A DNA stretch of 57,324 nt from a virus (lineage: Duplodnaviria > Heunggongvirae > Uroviricota > Caudoviricetes), in the IMG/VR virus record IMGVR_UViG_2778261526_000005. One strand, 5' to 3'. The position numbers and the translations under genes were made by a program. Shown here piece after piece: positions 22,631-31,704 of the stretch. The notes beneath the pieces are model-generated. The model was not told where the DNA came from, made no database searches, and saw only the letters and a program-made list of their open reading frames with translations. Every line of letters begins with the position of its first letter. Position 1 is the stretch's first letter.

Positions 22631-23320
22631 TTAAATCTTTGTTCGCTGATAATCAGCAGAATCAATTAAATTATACATACCATTCATATCATGCTCATAA
22701 TGATATTCAGATTCATACGAATACCCCAATATACTCTCATAAGTCAAAACGACCCGAAAATGTTCAGGCACATCTCCAGCATTTATTTTATTTTTAGGAA
22801 GTTTAATTGCGCCATTGCTACTTCTAAAAAAATGCGAGCTATATTCCCCGATAGGAGGGTCAAAAGTTAAGCTTATATTTTTCGCTGTTTTACCATCACT
22901 AAATACCGACCAATTATACTCATACTGATCACCACTTTTAACTGACCATCCCAGATTCAACATATATAGATCAGGCTTCGTTTCTTTTTCTCTTTCCAGC
23001 CTTTCTGTCATGGCTTTGATTGATTCATTTTCTAATTGCTGTTTAGAAACGGAAACCATCTCTTTATATTGTTCGACTGAGTTTTTCAACTCAGTGGCTT
23101 GTAACTTTAACGCTTCAGTATTTTGCTGTAGTTCTTTTTGTTGCTGTAAATACCCAAGCACAAGCCAAAAAAAGGCCACTGGGGAAAATGCACCAGCAAG
23201 AAAATCTCCAAACTCATTCCACGACGTCATCTGGTTCAAATCAAGAACATGGATCGTAATACCTAAGCCAAAGAAATAAACGACACTAACTAAAACACCG
23301 CACCCAAAAATTCTCATCAT
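22631..23320 (-). CDS. Moron membrane protein (2 N-terminal TM helices, coiled coil, C-terminal domain); start at MMRIF
   Basis: AT-rich gene between Rz and HNH; GGAG RBS; own promoter-like and terminator-like elements. Confidence 0.5.
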   Translation of the reverse strand: MMRIFGCGVLVSVVYFFGLGITIHVLDLNQMTSWNEFGDFLAGAFSPVAFFWLVLGYLQQQKELQQNTEALKLQATELKNSVEQYKEMVSVSKQQLENESIKAMTERLEREKETKPDLYMLNLGWSVKSGDQYEYNWSVFSDGKTAKNISLTFDPPIGEYSSHFFRSSNGAIKLPKNKINAGDVPEHFRVVLTYESILGYSYESEYHYEHDMNGMYNLIDSADYQRTKI

Positions 23321-23341
23321 TCTCTCCCCATTTGGAGAAAA

Positions 23342-23371
23342 CATTTAACAACTGTCAAATAGTCAAGGTCA
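23342..23371 (-). promoter_or_regulatory. Candidate sigma70 promoter for the moron gene
   Basis: Minus strand TTGACC-N18-TTAAAT. Confidence 0.3.
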
Positions 23372-23830
23372 ATGCAAACACTGCAACTTTACATACTCCT
23401 GCAAGTAGTTAACCTGCGCCGTTATCTTGTCGATTCCACTTCGGAGACGGTAATAATTGAGTTCAGCATCTGCTGTAAGTCTTGGACTTTCTCCATCGCC
23501 CATGCCGCTGGCTCTGGTCGTTGACTTTGCACAGGTGGCAGCGACTTGCAGGCGCTTACGCCCAGCAGAAACATCAGCACGGAGACTTTCGATAGTCGCG
23601 TTAGCATCAGCAAGCTCCTTTGTGTATCTGGCGTCAAGTTCTGCTACGTCACGTTGACGCTTCTGCATATCAGAGATGGTCGCCATAGCCGAATCTAATG
23701 CCATAGCATTCTCATCACGCTGCTTTTTGTATTCAATAGCTTTATTGTGGTAATGATTCACTGAACAGATAAAAGAACCAACGACAGAAACGAAGAAAAC
23801 AGCGATAACCAGCTTATAGCTCAACTTCAT
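23369..23830 (-). CDS. Rz: i-spanin Rz
   Basis: Close to lambda Rz as recalled (AVNHY...QRDKNA..., DVAALDA.YTKELADA). Confidence 0.85.
   Translation of the reverse strand: MKLSYKLVIAVFFVSVVGSFICSVNHYHNKAIEYKKQRDENAMALDSAMATISDMQKRQRDVAELDARYTKELADANATIESLRADVSAGRKRLQVAATCAKSTTRASGMGDGESPRLTADAELNYYRLRSGIDKITAQVNYLQEYVKLQCLH
23422..23607 (-). CDS. Rz1: o-spanin Rz1 lipoprotein embedded in Rz (+1 frame)
   Basis: Signal peptide with lipobox LGVSAC, proline-rich mature part. Confidence 0.65.
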   Translation of the reverse strand: MLTRLSKVSVLMFLLGVSACKSLPPVQSQRPEPAAWAMEKVQDLQQMLNSIITVSEVESTR

Positions 23831-24290
23831 TTACCACCCCACCAGCCTCTTTAAACCGGGCAATCAGGTCATCGATTTTATGTTCATACTGACCGTAACC
23901 CGCACCGGGTAACGACGCCCAGATATTGCTGCAACGATCGATAGCCTGACGGATATCACCGCGATCAATCATCGGTAAAGCACCACGCTCTTTAATCTGC
24001 TGTAATGCCACTGAGTCCTGGCTTTTGGGAGAGAAGTCTTTCAGCCCAAGCTGCTTGCGGTAAGCATCCCACCAGCGTGAAAGAAGTTGATAACGGCCTG
24101 CAGCTGTTGATTTGAGTTTCGGGTTTAGCATGACAAGTTTACGAGGGTGATCGGAGTAATCAGTGAACAGTTCGCCACCGACAATAACATCATAACCATG
24201 ATTTCTCGTTTTCTGCCGTCCGTTATCCGTTCCTTCTGACCATGCCACCATATCCAGGAAAGCTTTACGCTGGGAATTTAGTACCTGCAT
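23814..24290 (-). CDS. R: Endolysin, lambda R-type lytic transglycosylase
   Basis: Near-identical to lambda R as recalled (NQRKAFLDM.AWSEGTDNGRQKTRNHGYDVIVGGELFTDYSDHPRK...). Confidence 0.9.
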   Translation of the reverse strand: MQVLNSQRKAFLDMVAWSEGTDNGRQKTRNHGYDVIVGGELFTDYSDHPRKLVMLNPKLKSTAAGRYQLLSRWWDAYRKQLGLKDFSPKSQDSVALQQIKERGALPMIDRGDIRQAIDRCSNIWASLPGAGYGQYEHKIDDLIARFKEAGGVVNEVEL

Positions 24291-24293
24291 AAA

Positions 24294-24620
24294 TTACTCC
24301 TTAGAGCCACCAAACTTATTACCGATTACTCTCATTGCAGCCCCACGAATAGCATCGACCCCGATCAGCCCAACGCCGCCACCAATGGCAACAGAAAGAG
24401 ATTTAGGCCATCCGACATACTCAAGAGCGGATGCAAAAGTCAGCGTCAGAGCACCACAGAGCAAAATCTCGAGCGTTTTTCGTTTCCAGCCACCACCACC
24501 GCCAAAATAGGCAATGCGCAAGCCAGCCATAACGATCGACATAATCACTGCGCCCAGCGGTGTGTCTCCACGCCACCAGCTCTGGACCAACTCCAGCCAG
24601 GTATTTGGGTTATGAGGCAT
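24294..24620 (-). CDS. Holin (class I, three TM helices)
   Basis: 108 aa, three hydrophobic helices, directly upstream of endolysin. Confidence 0.75.
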   Translation of the reverse strand: MPHNPNTWLELVQSWWRGDTPLGAVIMSIVMAGLRIAYFGGGGGWKRKTLEILLCGALTLTFASALEYVGWPKSLSVAIGGGVGLIGVDAIRGAAMRVIGNKFGGSKE

Positions 24621-24771
24621 TTGTAGTTATCTCTCACCTCGCTGATACAGCAGGTGCAAATTGAGGGAACATCATGTACCGCAAATCAGAAGCGGAAACA
24701 TCAAAGAAGCCGAACCGATGGAGAACTGCGGAATAGGCCAGGACCAACGAATCCCCAGCCACAGAAACGAC

Positions 24772-24794
24772 AAAACCCGCTCGACGGCGGGTTT
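24772..24794 (-). terminator. Intrinsic terminator upstream of holin (tR'-like)
   Basis: Stem aaacccgc/gcgggttt; minus strand followed by ttttgtcgtttctg. Confidence 0.4.
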
Positions 24795-24916
24795 AAGCTG
24801 TGTGGCGAAGTAACCACTCTTAACAGATTACAATGTTTTTTGCGGACCGCGCTAATGATTTCCTCTTTTTTTTGTTGTATTTTTCACACGGTTGCTAAAA
24901 TTATTTCGGATCGATA

Positions 24917-25858
24917 ATGAGTACAGAAAATAAGAATAAAACCAGGCGAGTGAGAGTTGGTTTTTTCACTGGTAATGGAAGCAAAAAAGATGGCACATCT
25001 GCTGCAAAACTAGCCTTTGAGCAAATGACCACAGCAGATACTGTAACTTTTCCAATAACTTACACAACAGACACCCCAAATCGAGGGTTAAAGTTAGTTA
25101 TTCTTCAAAAAGATACCACACTGCAATGTTACTTTGGTTACGTATCGTGGAGAAGGGAATGCCTACTACCGTTCATCGAGGATGCTACAGGTAGTGAGAG
25201 AACAATTCCTTTAAATGATAAAGATTCTGTAGTTGAAAGAACATATTTTATCTATTACTACGAAACGGACTTATTAGCTATGACCCTCAACCATATAGGG
25301 CCCAAAGTAAATGATCTGGCATTCATTTTGTATAACAAAACTGATTTAAAAAGCGTCACTTTTGAAGCCATTTGGAAACAAGAGAGCATGAAGGAACTGC
25401 TTGAGGACGGAAATATCCTACGTAGTTTCGATCTTATAGTTGCTGCTCCAAGAAACTTTAACAAAGCTAATTATAAGATTAAAAACCCTTTAGCTAATGA
25501 AATTATTGACATGGTTGTTGGTATGGGCGGGTCGCATCTAAGATTAAATATGCGAGGTCGGATTCGCCCGAAAAAACAAGGGTTTAACTATCTAAAAACT
25601 TCTGTCACCGATGCTATTAAGGAACTACTTGAACTTTTTCCAAAAGGTTCTGGAGGTCTAAAAATTAAAAAAATTGATGTAACAGAGCCATCCAATAGAA
25701 CGCCCAAAAGTCTACTTGACCAAGTATTGGTCAGTACAAAGACAATCATTGTCAAAAGCGGTTATCCATCCGATTCTGATATCAGAACGGCGATGATATC
25801 TGCTAAAATTGATAACGCGAACTATCTTGCACAGTATGAGCTCGCTAGCAGAGACTAA
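24917..25858 (+). CDS. Hypothetical 313-aa soluble protein, first gene of opposite-strand cassette
   Basis: AT-rich; plus strand inside minus-strand late operon; no recognised motif. Confidence 0.5.
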   Translation: MSTENKNKTRRVRVGFFTGNGSKKDGTSAAKLAFEQMTTADTVTFPITYTTDTPNRGLKLVILQKDTTLQCYFGYVSWRRECLLPFIEDATGSERTIPLNDKDSVVERTYFIYYYETDLLAMTLNHIGPKVNDLAFILYNKTDLKSVTFEAIWKQESMKELLEDGNILRSFDLIVAAPRNFNKANYKIKNPLANEIIDMVVGMGGSHLRLNMRGRIRPKKQGFNYLKTSVTDAIKELLELFPKGSGGLKIKKIDVTEPSNRTPKSLLDQVLVSTKTIIVKSGYPSDSDIRTAMISAKIDNANYLAQYELASRD

Positions 25859-25867
25859 TAACCAAGC

Positions 25868-26329
25868 ATGGAGGACACAATGAGAGAATTAGCCACTTTT
25901 CTCTGGAAATGCGTCCTCTGGATTCTGTTGACCTATGCAGCGACAAAACTGTTTAAACCGATGAAGCATGCTGACGTACTCACAACAGCGGGGGTGCTCT
26001 CGACTATATCAGGCATCCTGTTTGGTTTTGTTCTGGCTGCAATATCTATATTTAGTAGTGCAAACAGCGATAAGGAAGGAGCAATTAATGCCCTTAAGCA
26101 AAACAACGTGTTACCAACTCTGGTAAATAGATTACTTTCAACAGGGTTAACTCTCATCGTCGCATGTATATTTCCATTGATAGCGATGTTTCTACCTGAT
26201 GATGTTATTGTTGCGGGCAAACCTATTGATTTCCTGTTCATACTGTTAGGCTTATCCTCCCTTATAATTTCGCTATATACCTTCGGAAGGTGTTGGTTAG
26301 TGTTACGAAAAATCTTCCCCCACTTGTGA
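25868..26329 (+). CDS. Hypothetical 4-TM membrane protein, second gene of cassette (start likely MRELATF at 25880)
   Basis: Four hydrophobic helices; GGAGG RBS before the internal Met. Confidence 0.5.
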   Translation: MEDTMRELATFLWKCVLWILLTYAATKLFKPMKHADVLTTAGVLSTISGILFGFVLAAISIFSSANSDKEGAINALKQNNVLPTLVNRLLSTGLTLIVACIFPLIAMFLPDDVIVAGKPIDFLFILLGLSSLIISLYTFGRCWLVLRKIFPHL

Positions 26330-26364
26330 CAGGTTGGCCTCATATGGGGCCAACCTGTGCAACC

Positions 26365-26733
26365 CTAAGCGTCCATTTCAAGGTTAACATCCAACATTGA
26401 AAGGCAACCATCAATAAATCCTTCGGCTAGTTGTATTTCTATGCGTACCAATTTTTCATCCTTTCCACGCACCTTTGCAATCTTACGCTTGGATATTCTG
26501 TATAAATAATGTGCCACAAGCAGCGAGTGCTCATCTGGCTTTTTTTGCTTTAGACGAGCAAGACAACCTTCAATAATTAATGCATCACTATCTGAACAAG
26601 CCTGACGTGTTTTGCTTGTGTAGGGAAGAAGCCCCTTAAACCCAGCAGCTATAGGCGAATAGTCTACTCCAGAACTATCACTCGCCGCCCATGCTCCCCA
26701 ACGCTCCAGAACCATCTGAATATCACGCATCAA
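26365..26733 (-). CDS. Late-gene antiterminator Q-like protein
   Basis: Position between DUF968 gene and lysis module; ERWGAWAA...DYSP resembles Q-family proteins. Confidence 0.55.
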   Translation of the reverse strand: MMRDIQMVLERWGAWAASDSSGVDYSPIAAGFKGLLPYTSKTRQACSDSDALIIEGCLARLKQKKPDEHSLLVAHYLYRISKRKIAKVRGKDEKLVRIEIQLAEGFIDGCLSMLDVNLEMDA

Positions 26734-26747
26734 CTTTCTCCACCAAA

Positions 26748-27743
26748 TCAGGCCAACACCCCAATCGCCAGCGCGCGATCGATAAAACGAAATATCAGCT
26801 CCAGTTGGGAGCCATACTTCTCTTCAAATGCCACGGTATCCGCATGCAGCTCGTCGTGATGCTTTCTGCACAAAGGCAACACAAAGAGGTCATGCGCTTT
26901 TGTACCCATTCCACCCTGACCGTGACCTATCAGGTGGTGGGGATCATCAGCAGGCTTTCCACAACATGCACACGGCTGTGTCTTAACCCAGCGCGTGTAC
27001 TTTTCATTAACCCAGCGGCGGCGTTTTGGGCGTAACATAAAAGACTCCAGCGACTCCGGATCCACTTTCAGCGCCAGCACCTTTTTCGCTTTATCCTGGA
27101 TAATGCTGGTGGCAGGAACCGAAGGCACAAGGTCACTTTCCCGGGTGACCGCCTGCACAACAGGCTTCGGTAATCTCAGTGCCTTACGGGCTGCACTTTC
27201 CGGTAAGGCATCCGCCAGGTCATTACGAATCAGCCACCAGCACAGTTCCGGTATTGTCACAACGTGACTATCATCAAAACCGAGATCCCGACGCACAACA
27301 GACAACACCCAGCGGGCACAGTTATCCGTTGCCATTGATTCCAGCCGTTCCGTGAACTGATCGCGCAGCTGGTTATCGCAGTGCCAGCACAAACGGATTG
27401 CGCCCGGAGCGTGTCGCATTGTTGTCATGTTCTCGCTGTGCCAGTCGGAATGAGGCCACTGGCAGCCTTTTTCACGAAGTAACCAGCTTTCAAGACATTC
27501 CACGCCACCAGCACGACGGATCACTGCCTCATTGCGGAATACGGCCCGAACGGCAGGATCATCCGCCAGCGGTTGTGATGCCGCCGGAACGGCACCACTG
27601 GCGAAAGATGAATAACGTTCCGGCTCAGGCTCCAGCAGGACACGCCCCTGCATAAACAGGGGCATCAACTCTGAACCTGGCCTGAACAATACGATCCCCA
27701 TACGCGGGGCAATTTCAGGGGTCAGTAGTGCTCTCACGGTCAC
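26748..27743 (-). CDS. DUF968-like prophage protein with C-terminal HNH-like Cys/His cluster
   Basis: CACCGKPADDPHHLIGHG...CRKHHDELH; size about 330 aa. Confidence 0.5.
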   Translation of the reverse strand: MTVRALLTPEIAPRMGIVLFRPGSELMPLFMQGRVLLEPEPERYSSFASGAVPAASQPLADDPAVRAVFRNEAVIRRAGGVECLESWLLREKGCQWPHSDWHSENMTTMRHAPGAIRLCWHCDNQLRDQFTERLESMATDNCARWVLSVVRRDLGFDDSHVVTIPELCWWLIRNDLADALPESAARKALRLPKPVVQAVTRESDLVPSVPATSIIQDKAKKVLALKVDPESLESFMLRPKRRRWVNEKYTRWVKTQPCACCGKPADDPHHLIGHGQGGMGTKAHDLFVLPLCRKHHDELHADTVAFEEKYGSQLELIFRFIDRALAIGVLA

Positions 27744-27744
27744 C

Positions 27745-28542
27745 TCAATGAACGGTATCGAGCAGCTTTAACAGCTCAGGGAATCGGGATTCGAAGAAAT
27801 GCGGCTGCGTCTCGCGCGGATTTGCGGGACTGGTGATGTTCTTGCCGAACATGCAGCCTTTCGCTGTCAGCGACCAGAATTTTTTGATGTTGTTAATCGC
27901 GGTACGGCTGTATCGTTCGCGCTGCTCGACGATCCCCAGCTTCACCATCTGGTGATATGCCTGATTAGCCGTCAGGCGGATACCATACTGTTTCAGCAGT
28001 GCACTCAGTGACAGCGTAGGGCGACTTGAGCCATCGTGTGCATCAGCAGGAGCATCAATGGCATAGCGCGGTGCCAGATTCGGTAAGCCAACAGCCTCCT
28101 GAAGTTTCTGACAGGCTCCAAGCACTGAAGAGTTAGACAGATTTAACTCCCGGCGCATAAAGTCCAGCAGAATCACGCCAGCCTGCATCTTGTCAGCAGC
28201 CTGTCCGGATAATTTTTCAGGTGCGCTGGTTACCATGTCGAAAGTACGGATCACCTTCAGATGGAATGACGGGCTGATCCACATTGCATAGGCATACACC
28301 AGTTCTTTGCAGACATACGTCCCCTGGTTATTTCCACCACGAATAACGTTAACTGGCTCTATATTGACCGAGTTGCAAATCTGCAACTCGCTTATTAAAC
28401 GTTCAGTTTGCTCATTGCGGAGCCAGAATGCAGGCTTATGCTTATCCAGAGAACCGGCAGCCCTGTGCAGATCGTTCAGGCTGTAACGCCCATAAGCATC
28501 ACGACGAACTTCAATACCATCAATGACCATCAGATTATTCAT
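27745..28542 (-). CDS. KilA-N domain protein (antirepressor-like)
   Basis: N-terminal KilA-N-like region. Confidence 0.5.
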   Translation of the reverse strand: MNNLMVIDGIEVRRDAYGRYSLNDLHRAAGSLDKHKPAFWLRNEQTERLISELQICNSVNIEPVNVIRGGNNQGTYVCKELVYAYAMWISPSFHLKVIRTFDMVTSAPEKLSGQAADKMQAGVILLDFMRRELNLSNSSVLGACQKLQEAVGLPNLAPRYAIDAPADAHDGSSRPTLSLSALLKQYGIRLTANQAYHQMVKLGIVEQRERYSRTAINNIKKFWSLTAKGCMFGKNITSPANPRETQPHFFESRFPELLKLLDTVH

Positions 28543-28561
28543 ACTTCGTTTCTCCTCTTAA

Positions 28562-28951
28562 TCAGGCGGCTGCACCCGCCGGTTTCTCGTACTTACTGAT
28601 AGTGATCTCGACCTTCCCTTCCGGGATAACCGGTCCCCACTCCACCAGCATTCTTTTCACCTGACTGTCGTCTTCCCACACACCCGCGTGGGTCAGGGCG
28701 TCAAACAGCGCCTTGTTATAGTTGTCCAGATCGCGGATCCGGTTATCCGGAGGAAACAACACGATCTCCACTGAAGCAGGTGCCGACGTTGGTTTCGGCA
28801 GACGACGTAACTGCTCAACTATTGCTGCGCACGCCGCGCTCTGGAATTTTCGCCCCGCCGCGCTTATCAGGCTCTTACCAGCAAACGCCCCTTTGTTGGG
28901 GTGTCGCCAGTACGTGTTCACGCTGGGCGGAAAAGGCAGAATCAGCTTCAT
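28562..28951 (-). CDS. rusA: Holliday junction resolvase RusA
   Basis: LPFPPSVNTYWRH, RDLDNYNKALFDALT match RusA motifs. Confidence 0.85.
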   Translation of the reverse strand: MKLILPFPPSVNTYWRHPNKGAFAGKSLISAAGRKFQSAACAAIVEQLRRLPKPTSAPASVEIVLFPPDNRIRDLDNYNKALFDALTHAGVWEDDSQVKRMLVEWGPVIPEGKVEITISKYEKPAGAAA

Positions 28952-29274
28952 ACTTTCAGGCCCCTCTCATGTAACCAGTGGGCTGCACGCAGCCTGGCGT
29001 TTTCCTCACCGGCAAGCAGTGAGCGGATAATCCCGACCGCCTCGCTGTCGTCGTCCTTCACCGCGGTATGAAGCGTTATCCCCCGGGCCACGCCACGCTT
29101 TATCGTGATGACGCCTTTTTTCTCCAGCGCACGAAGATGCTCCACCGCTGCATTCACCGAACGGTATCCCAGCATGGTTGCCACCTCCTGATTGGTTGGC
29201 GGGAAACCACGTTCTTTCTGATAAGAAATCAGCATATCCAGCACCTGCTGCTGGCATTGAGTTAACGTCGTCAT
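28948..29274 (-). CDS. LexA-type winged-helix DNA-binding protein (no peptidase domain)
   Basis: Resembles LexA N-terminal domain (ERGFPPT, LEKKGVI). Confidence 0.5.
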   Translation of the reverse strand: MTTLTQCQQQVLDMLISYQKERGFPPTNQEVATMLGYRSVNAAVEHLRALEKKGVITIKRGVARGITLHTAVKDDDSEAVGIIRSLLAGEENARLRAAHWLHERGLKV

Positions 29275-29923
29275 GCCGCCATCTCCCTGACCAGTTTTTC
29301 CGCCTGCTGACGAACCTGCTCCAGAAACGCCTCACCACATGCCTCAAGTTCATCGCGCCCGATGTAGCTGATTGCCGGTCCCTTCCAGGTCTTGTCGAAA
29401 ACAGCAATAGCACCAGCGAAGAAAGCGCCTGTCGGCACCTGCTTCTCATCCTTCGGGATAAACCAGGCAGGCAGTTCAAAACCAATACGCCCGCGAATAA
29501 AAGCAATATGATCTGCATCTTCCGGCCACCACACTTCGCTGGTGGCAGCTTTGATCAGGAAAACATAGCGCCCGCCTTTATCACGCATGGCACTGGCATG
29601 TTTCATGATGTAACGCATGCCGGTGATGTATTGCCCCTCATGCTGACTGGCGCGGCTGTATGGGGGATTACCAAAGGCAGCACCTTTAAGCTCCGCAAGA
29701 CGTTCTGACCAGTCATGCGCCAGCGCGTTGTCTTCCGCCGTGTAATACGCGGCACATTTGGCGTTATCACCGTCAGTAAAAAGATCCAGAACAAACGGGC
29801 CAAACAGAGTGTTAATTCCCCAGAAAATGTTATCCGGCGTGCGCCACTGATCGCCCACTTCCTTCAGTTCATGGGCTGGTTTGTTCCGTAGTTCCACCAG
29901 CGCCTGGCAATATTTATTACTCA
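29271..29923 (-). CDS. Phage N6-adenine DNA methyltransferase (Dam-like); start at MSNKY
   Basis: NPPY motif (FGNPPYS); start codon abuts upstream stop. Confidence 0.75.
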
Positions 29924-30418
29924 TTAAGCCCCCACGTAATTCCCTGACAGATACCACTCATCACTCGATACAGCGCGCTTGCTGCTTTTCCGTAAACACT
30001 GCTCACGACGCGCCAGAAAATTGTTTCGTTCTGGCTGGGAGTGGCTTTCACGGAATGCCGCCATCCACACCGTTGCAGCACGACGGTATAAGCCCCTGGA
30101 CTCCAGTTCTTCCGCCTGGCGGGTCAGGCACAAAATCACCCGGGGATCGTTAGTGCCGACATAGAAATTGCGCACAGGTCTGGTTTCACGAACTGGTTGT
30201 GGTTCCGGCTCCTGCGCTCTCTCAGTCAGGCGCGGGAAATGTCTGCGTGTATCTCCTTCACAACGGTGAGCCACACGCCCACTCTGACGTAACTTGCTTG
30301 CAGACTGCAGAACGCGCTGCCGTGAGTAACCTGCAAAAGCATCCGCAATGTCTCCGGAAGTACACCCCGGATGGGCTTCAATGAATTTCTGAACGTCATT
30401 TAACAGACTCATGATCAC
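29924..30418 (-). CDS. Hypothetical protein with PerC-like C-terminal motif
   Basis: EELESRGLYRRAATVWMAA resembles the PerC/Pch regulator motif as recalled. Confidence 0.35.
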   Translation of the reverse strand: MIMSLLNDVQKFIEAHPGCTSGDIADAFAGYSRQRVLQSASKLRQSGRVAHRCEGDTRRHFPRLTERAQEPEPQPVRETRPVRNFYVGTNDPRVILCLTRQAEELESRGLYRRAATVWMAAFRESHSQPERNNFLARREQCLRKSSKRAVSSDEWYLSGNYVGA

Positions 30419-31356
30419 CCCCTGAATCCTGCCGGGATCTGGCTGTAGTCCACGTTGTCGTAACTGGATTTGAAGTACGGGTCTTCGCGTTTTTCGGTGT
30501 ACGTGCTGACGGACGGTGATAAGCGCAGGGAAAGCTCATCCCATTTTTCCCGCAACTTCGACGGGCTGAGCACGTTACGGCACCAGAACGGATCGCGGCT
30601 GACGCGGCTGTACATCTCGCAGATTTGTTTGTGAGTACGACCATCCTGCACACACATCAGGCGAATTTCGTTTGCCCAGGCTGTCCAGTTCGGTTCTTTG
30701 GGACGAACCACCTCGCCGTCACATTCGGCGGCTTGCTCGTACAGGGCGATGATTTTTTTCCAGAGCCACTGTGCGCAGGTCAAATCATCCTGCGTTCCCC
30801 ACTGGCGCTTTTTAGGGCTGAATACAACCGCATCAGGATGGCGAGTTAAAAAATCCTGTTCATCCGTCTGCGTGTCCGGTTGCGAAGCGTCCGGACGAGA
30901 AGGTTTTTTATCTGACGGATCATGTTTTGATTTTACTGACGGATCCCCGCCAGATTCTGACGGGTGAAAACCCGCTTTTTTGCCAGATTTCGACGCATCA
31001 AATTTTGACGGGTCAGATTTTGATGCGTCAGATTTTGACGGGTCAGAATCTGACAGTTGAGAAAATGCCGCTGCCTGAAGCTTCGCAACGTTAAGCTGAT
31101 AAACATTCGACGCATTGCGGTTACCCTGGCGACGCGCCTTACGCGTTAACCAGCCTTCTGCTTCCAGCCGTGCGATAGCCGTCCTGACGGTACTCATCCC
31201 CGCGCCAATCTGACGGGCAATAGTTTCAATTGATGGCCAGCACACACCTTCGTCATTACTGAAATCAGCCAGGCGGGCCATAATTGCCACGCTGGATAAT
31301 TTCATGCCTGATGCAGCGCAACCATCCCATACATAGCCGGTTAATTTAGTGCTCAT
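30415..31356 (-). CDS. Replication initiation protein (O-like, N-terminal winged helix) with internal origin repeats
   Basis: HTH-like N-terminus; internal Ser/Asp/Lys repeats encoded by DNA iterons. Confidence 0.65.
   Translation of the reverse strand: MSTKLTGYVWDGCAASGMKLSSVAIMARLADFSNDEGVCWPSIETIARQIGAGMSTVRTAIARLEAEGWLTRKARRQGNRNASNVYQLNVAKLQAAAFSQLSDSDPSKSDASKSDPSKFDASKSGKKAGFHPSESGGDPSVKSKHDPSDKKPSRPDASQPDTQTDEQDFLTRHPDAVVFSPKKRQWGTQDDLTCAQWLWKKIIALYEQAAECDGEVVRPKEPNWTAWANEIRLMCVQDGRTHKQICEMYSRVSRDPFWCRNVLSPSKLREKWDELSLRLSPSVSTYTEKREDPYFKSSYDNVDYSQIPAGFRG
30905..31060. repeat. Iteron array (about 8 copies of a ~15-bp unit, consensus cagattttgacgggt); probable origin of replication
   Basis: Tandem near-repeats visible directly inside the initiator gene. 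Confidence 0.6.
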
Positions 31357-31704
31357 GACCGACCTCTATTTCCCTGAATTTACGACGAAACTGTTCGAGC
31401 GGGCTGAAGCACTCATGCTCATAGCCTTCGCGGAGGTAGATAACTCGTTGTGTTTCCGGCTCCCAACGAATGACTCTGACGGGCACTCCGTAGTGATCTT
31501 TGAACCAGCGGTTAACTTGTCGCAAAGGACTGTCTCCTTCTGCCGGTTGAAATCACCCACAGCCCACTCAGCAAAGCTGTGGGTTACAATTTCCCTGTCA
31601 CCTGGTACATTAACTGCATAGCAATACTCCACCTTCGCTTTTCCACCCGGTACAGGAAGCGCAATCAGTTGCGAGCGACGGTAGTGTGTTGTTAAACTGT
31701 TCAT
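31346..31704 (-). pseudogene. Hypothetical early gene with apparent frameshift
   Basis: Frame 1 gives a plausible N-terminus then low-quality sequence; an alternate frame gives [33 protein letters not shown]... ending over the O start. Confidence 0.3.

Noticed and set aside
24654-24917. 87-aa plus-strand ORF upstream of the cassette
   Set aside because: Low-complexity product over intergenic regulatory DNA; no RBS.
31349-31621. 90-aa plus-strand ORF opposite the frameshifted early gene
   Set aside because: Runs against the operon and overlaps the initiator start; the minus-strand alternate frame is more protein-like.
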